The notes under the pieces were generated by a model that was given only the letters and a program-made list of their open reading frames with translations, ran no database searches and was not told where the DNA came from. The translations under genes were made by a program, and so were the position numbers. Shown here piece by piece: positions 42,221 to 45,738 of a stretch of 45,738 nucleotides of DNA; positions within the stretch are counted from its first letter, which is position 1, and each line of letters starts with the position of its first letter. The stretch is from a virus (Duplodnaviria > Caudoviricetes), in the IMG/VR virus record IMGVR_UViG_3300042901_001456, positions 1 to 45,738 of that record; one strand, given 5' to 3'.

Positions 42221-45200
42221 ATGGCTACTACAACTGTTACAAGACTATTTATAGACAACAACATACTATCAGGCTCGTCAGCTGCTTTAGTTGGTACAGT
42301 TAACCAAACTAGAAACTTTGGTGTATCTGGTGACTATGTAGAAATGAATGTCTATAATTTAGGAAACACATTTTTATTTCAAGTTAGTCCATTTCGTAAT
42401 TATAAACTACCAGGAACTTTTACAGGTGAAACTACTTTAGTTCAAGAATTAGAATTTGATCCAGGAAAAGACTTAACTAATCTTGGTATTAATACTGGTG
42501 ACTATAAGACTGAATATAACATCTTACGCCCTAAGATTGTTAATACTAATGATAGAATATTTTTTATAAAAGAAATTTCAGCAGATAGAACTGAAATTAG
42601 ATTATCTACAAACAATGTTTCTAATGAGGTATTAACTCAAGGTGCTTTAGAATTTATAAATGAGTTCCAATCATTAGGATACTTTAAAGAATTTTATATC
42701 AATTTAGGATTTGGTAGTCTAATTCCTGCTATTAATATAGCTTTAGATCAAAACACAAATCCATCTAGTGTATTAATAAAATTACTTAATCCACTTCCCC
42801 CTGAAATAAACTTATCAGCTTTAGTAGGTGTAGTTGATAAAATATCTAACAGTCAGCTATTCCAAGTTAATGTTACTCAAGATCCTATAGAGTTTGTATT
42901 TCCATCTTTACGTGGACCTAACTTTGATATTGAGTTAGATGATGTAAGAGTTAATCCAACAAGTTATTATAATTTAAATAAATTAACTACATCTACTGTA
43001 AGTATAAACTCACAATTACAATCTTTACTTGGATATATTAGTTCATCTAATTTTGAAATAAATGTTGACTATACTAATTATGAATCATTTATTCATTTCT
43101 CTTCAGCTCAACAAAGATTAGATGGATTTAAATATAAGTTAAACTTAATTGAAACTTATACATCAGCTAGTGCTTCAGCTGCTTCAGCTGGTAATACAAC
43201 TGCTCAATCTGACGCTCAAAGTTATCAGTATAAGGTAGATAGTGTTATACAAGGACTTGATGGATACGAATCTTATCTTTATTTTGAATCTAGTTCTAAA
43301 GCATGGCCTAAGAGTACATCAGTTAAACCATATATAAACTGGTCAGCTGCTTCAACTCCAGGTTTAAATTTCTATACTAGTCAATCAGTATCAGCTTCTG
43401 CTTATGATAACGATAATCAAAACTATTTAAGATACGCTTTACCAACTTATATAAACGAGGATACAAGTAACGATAACTTATTTAAGTTTATAGGTTCAAT
43501 AGGAACAATGTTTGATGAGGTTTGGCTTTACACTAAAGCTATAACTGACTTATATCAAGCTAAAAATAAATTAACTGAAGGTATATCTAAGGATTTAGTG
43601 TACTTTGCTTTACAATCTTTAGGTATAAATGTTTATACTGATGAAGATGGTACTGATGTATTCCAATATTTGTATGGAGTAAATCCTGATGGTACTTATT
43701 TACCTAACACAGGTTCATATCAGACATTAGTAACATCATCTCAATATCAAACTGCTGGACAAGATCAACAAAAATCATTTTATAAGAGATTATATCATAA
43801 CTTACCTTTATTACTTAAATCTAAAGGTACAACTCGCTTTATTCAATACTTAAACACTGTATTTGGTATTCCAACTACAATAATGTCTTATCTTGAATAC
43901 GGTGGTGTTGATAAGACTGAATCTACTAGTGAATATGAATATGACAGATTCACTTATGCTTTACAATTATCAGGTTCAAGTAAAGTGAGTGTACCTTGGA
44001 ATTATACATCACAAAGTTTATCTAGAACGGGATATAGTGATATTGCTCCAAATGGTATTGAATTTAGATTTAAAGCCTCACCAAGTTACTCTACTACTCA
44101 ATCATTGTTTTATAATGGAGCTAACTATTCCTTAAATGTAATTTATACAGCTACTGGATCAAATGACTCTATATATTCAGGAAGTGTAGGAGATTTTGGT
44201 TATTTTAAATTTACTTTAGGTTCAACTTCAGTAACATCTTCAACTGTACCTGTATTCCAAACTGGATCAGATAATGATACTAGTTGGTATAGTGTATTAG
44301 TGCAAAGATCAAATCCTGATTTAAGAATAGGAGATGTGGGTACTTCTCAAACTTATACTGTTTATGTTAAAAATAATGTTTGGGGAGAAATAGGACACGT
44401 AGCAAGTGCTAGTTTAACAACTACAACTCAAAATAGTTCTTGGTACACTAGTGGAACAACACTTACTTTTGGTAGTGGTTCTTATCCATTTAGTGGTTCA
44501 ATTCAAGAAGCAAGATTGTGGTCTAATTATATATCTGAATCAGCTTTTGACTCACATGTTTTAAATCCTGAATCATTTGAAGGTAATTATACTTCATCTG
44601 CTTATAATGACTTAGCAGCTAGATTTGCTTTAGGTAATGATTTATACACTTATAATCACACCACAACAACAGCTGTTGCTTCTGTAGCTCCAGATCAAAC
44701 AATTCAAGCTTGGACAGCTTCATTTGCTAGCTTTACTAATAAAAATAACTATACTTCATTTACTGAAACATATTATGCTGATGTAGCTAACTCAGGATAT
44801 GCTAATCCAGTAACTGATAAAGTTAGAATTGTAAGTAGTAGTTTATATGGTACTCAATTATTACCTAATAAGAGTATTGAATTATCTCCTATACTTCCAA
44901 CTTCAAAAGATATACATTTATTAGATGCTGGTTTATCACCTCAAGATGAAATTAATAAAGATATCATTGCTCAACTTGGTTCAACTTATACAATTGATGA
45001 ATTTATAGGTGATCCAACAGGTAATAGTTATATAGACTTAGATAATTTAAGAGAAGATTATTTTAAAAAATATGTAAACAAATACAACTATAAAGATTTT
45101 ATTAATCTAATAGAGTATTTCCACAACTCATTATTTAGAACACTTAAAGATTTTACACCAGCTAGAACAAATTTAGCTACAGGTATTGTTATTAAACCTC

Positions 45201-45738
45201 ACTTACTTGAAAGACCAGTTGTTAAAATAGAAGATCCTAGTGTTGAAAGAGAAAATAACTTAAGTGGCTCTATACTTATGGTTCATATTACCGCTAGTAA
45301 TGGTGGTAACTATAGTCAATCTATATACAACTATACTATTAATAGTGAGTTAGGACCAGTAACAATGTTATCAGATGGTAGAGATTTCTTCACTGGTGAA
45401 TTACCATCATCATCTATTTTCATACATGATGATTTTGATATAAACAACTATAATCCTTTCGCTATTGGGTATAATCCAAGTAATACAAGTTCATACTCTG
45501 AAAGTATTTGGAATGTAGATTATAACCCATTATTAAATAATGTTGAATTAAATCAAACTTCAAGTAACAGACGTTTACTAACAACATTAGAAAATGGAAC
45601 TAATGTAACTCAAAGTATCCAATATCAAGATTTTACAGACTCATATCAACGTCATATAAGACCAAGATATAATGGATCAACTACAACAAGTGCTTTATAT
45701 AATGTGTTTTCAAATGGTGATACTACATTTGGTAAAAC
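42221..45738 (+). CDS. Very large baseplate/tail structural protein (>1170 aa; LamG-like segment); 3'-truncated by window edge
   Basis: ATG at 42221; frame spot-checked as open at several points: IKEISADRTEIRL, LYHNLPLLLKSKGT (P2 gpI/T4 gp7-like motif), FSGSIQEARLW (LamG-like), PARTNLATGIVIKPHLLER. Absent from the ORF track, consistent with no stop inside the window. Confidence 0.8.
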   Translation, partial: MATTTVTRLFIDNNILSGSSAALVGTVNQTRNFGVSGDYVEMNVYNLGNTFLFQVSPFRNYKLPGTFTGETTLVQELEFDPGKDLTNLGINTGDYKTEYNILRPKIVNTNDRIFFIKEISADRTEIRLSTNNVSNEVLTQGALEFINEFQSLGYFKEFYINLGFGSLIPAINIALDQNTNPSSVLIKLLNPLPPEINLSALVGVVDKISNSQLFQVNVTQDPIEFVFPSLRGPNFDIELDDVRVNPTSYYNLNKLTTSTVSINSQLQSLLGYISSSNFEINVDYTNYESFIHFSSAQQRLDGFKYKLNLIETYTSASASAASAGNTTAQSDAQSYQYKVDSVIQGLDGYESYLYFESSSKAWPKSTSVKPYINWSAASTPGLNFYTSQSVSASAYDNDNQNYLRYALPTYINEDTSNDNLFKFIGSIGTMFDEVWLYTKAITDLYQAKNKLTEGISKDLVYFALQSLGINVYTDEDGTDVFQYLYGVNPDGTYLPNTGSYQTLVTSSQYQTAGQDQQKSFYKRLYHNLPLLLKSKGTTRFIQYLNTVFGIPTTIMSYLEYGGVDKTESTSEYEYDRFTYALQLSGSSKVSVPWNYTSQSLSRTGYSDIAPNGIEFRFKASPSYSTTQSLFYNGANYSLNVIYTATGSNDSIYSGSVGDFGYFKFTLGSTSVTSSTVPVFQTGSDNDTSWYSVLVQRSNPDLRIGDVGTSQTYTVYVKNNVWGEIGHVASASLTTTTQNSSWYTSGTTLTFGSGSYPFSGSIQEARLWSNYISESAFDSHVLNPESFEGNYTSSAYNDLAARFALGNDLYTYNHTTTTAVASVAPDQTIQAWTASFASFTNKNNYTSFTETYYADVANSGYANPVTDKVRIVSSSLYGTQLLPNKSIELSPILPTSKDIHLLDAGLSPQDEINKDIIAQLGSTYTIDEFIGDPTGNSYIDLDNLREDYFKKYVNKYNYKDFINLIEYFHNSLFRTLKDFTPARTNLATGIVIKPHLLERPVVKIEDPSVERENNLSGSILMVHITASNGGNYSQSIYNYTINSELGPVTMLSDGRDFFTGELPSSSIFIHDDFDINNYNPFAIGYNPSNTSSYSESIWNVDYNPLLNNVELNQTSSNRRLLTTLENGTNVTQSIQYQDFTDSYQRHIRPRYNGSTTTSALYNVFSNGDTTFGK

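Noticed and set aside
1-45738. Prophage/integrative element, DGR, retron or alternative genetic code
   Set aside because: No integrase, transposase or reverse transcriptase was seen. Long genes read through intact in the standard code, with TAA, TGA and occasional TAG used as stops.

Overview
This is an AT-rich, densely coding segment with essentially every gene on the + strand. It most likely comes from a large lytic myovirus of a Bacteroidota host: there are no Shine-Dalgarno sites, start contexts are A-rich (AAAGTTATG), promoters carry TAnnTTT(A/G)-type elements, and the baseplate genes resemble T4 gp5/gp25/gp6. Layout: (1) 1-10.2 kb, a sugar-synthesis/glycosylation cluster (glycosyltransferases, two SDR epimerase/dehydratases, a DegT-type aminotransferase, methyltransferases). 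(2) 10.2-27.2 kb, an accessory region of many small genes, including a GIY-YIG/NUMOD homing endonuclease, thioredoxin, DUF932, an AT-hook-fused RadA/Sms-like ATPase, an HTH protein and a T5orf172 protein. (3) 27.2-30.9 kb, a BRCT-like / metallopeptidase-vWA / MoxR-AAA triad. (4) 31-33.7 kb, glutaredoxin-like, HD-domain and gp55-like sigma factor genes. (5) 33.7-45.7 kb, baseplate/spike genes, a GH19 endolysin and a very large structural ORF that runs off the end. The most interesting unexplained signals are: a fixed-spacing motif TGACC-N13-TAnnTTTA (11 exact and about 8 variant copies) heading small-gene cassettes; a second upstream motif, ATATTTATA; and a GC-enriched island at about 22.8-24.35 kb. 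That island holds several multi-stem RNA-like folds, repeated TCGAC..TATATAnnTATATA boxes, a palindromic IHF-like site also present in tandem at 15.9 kb, a double AT-hook protein and a very acidic protein, and it is preceded by four tandem YxxRG paralog genes. All family calls come from motifs recognised by eye; no database searches were run.
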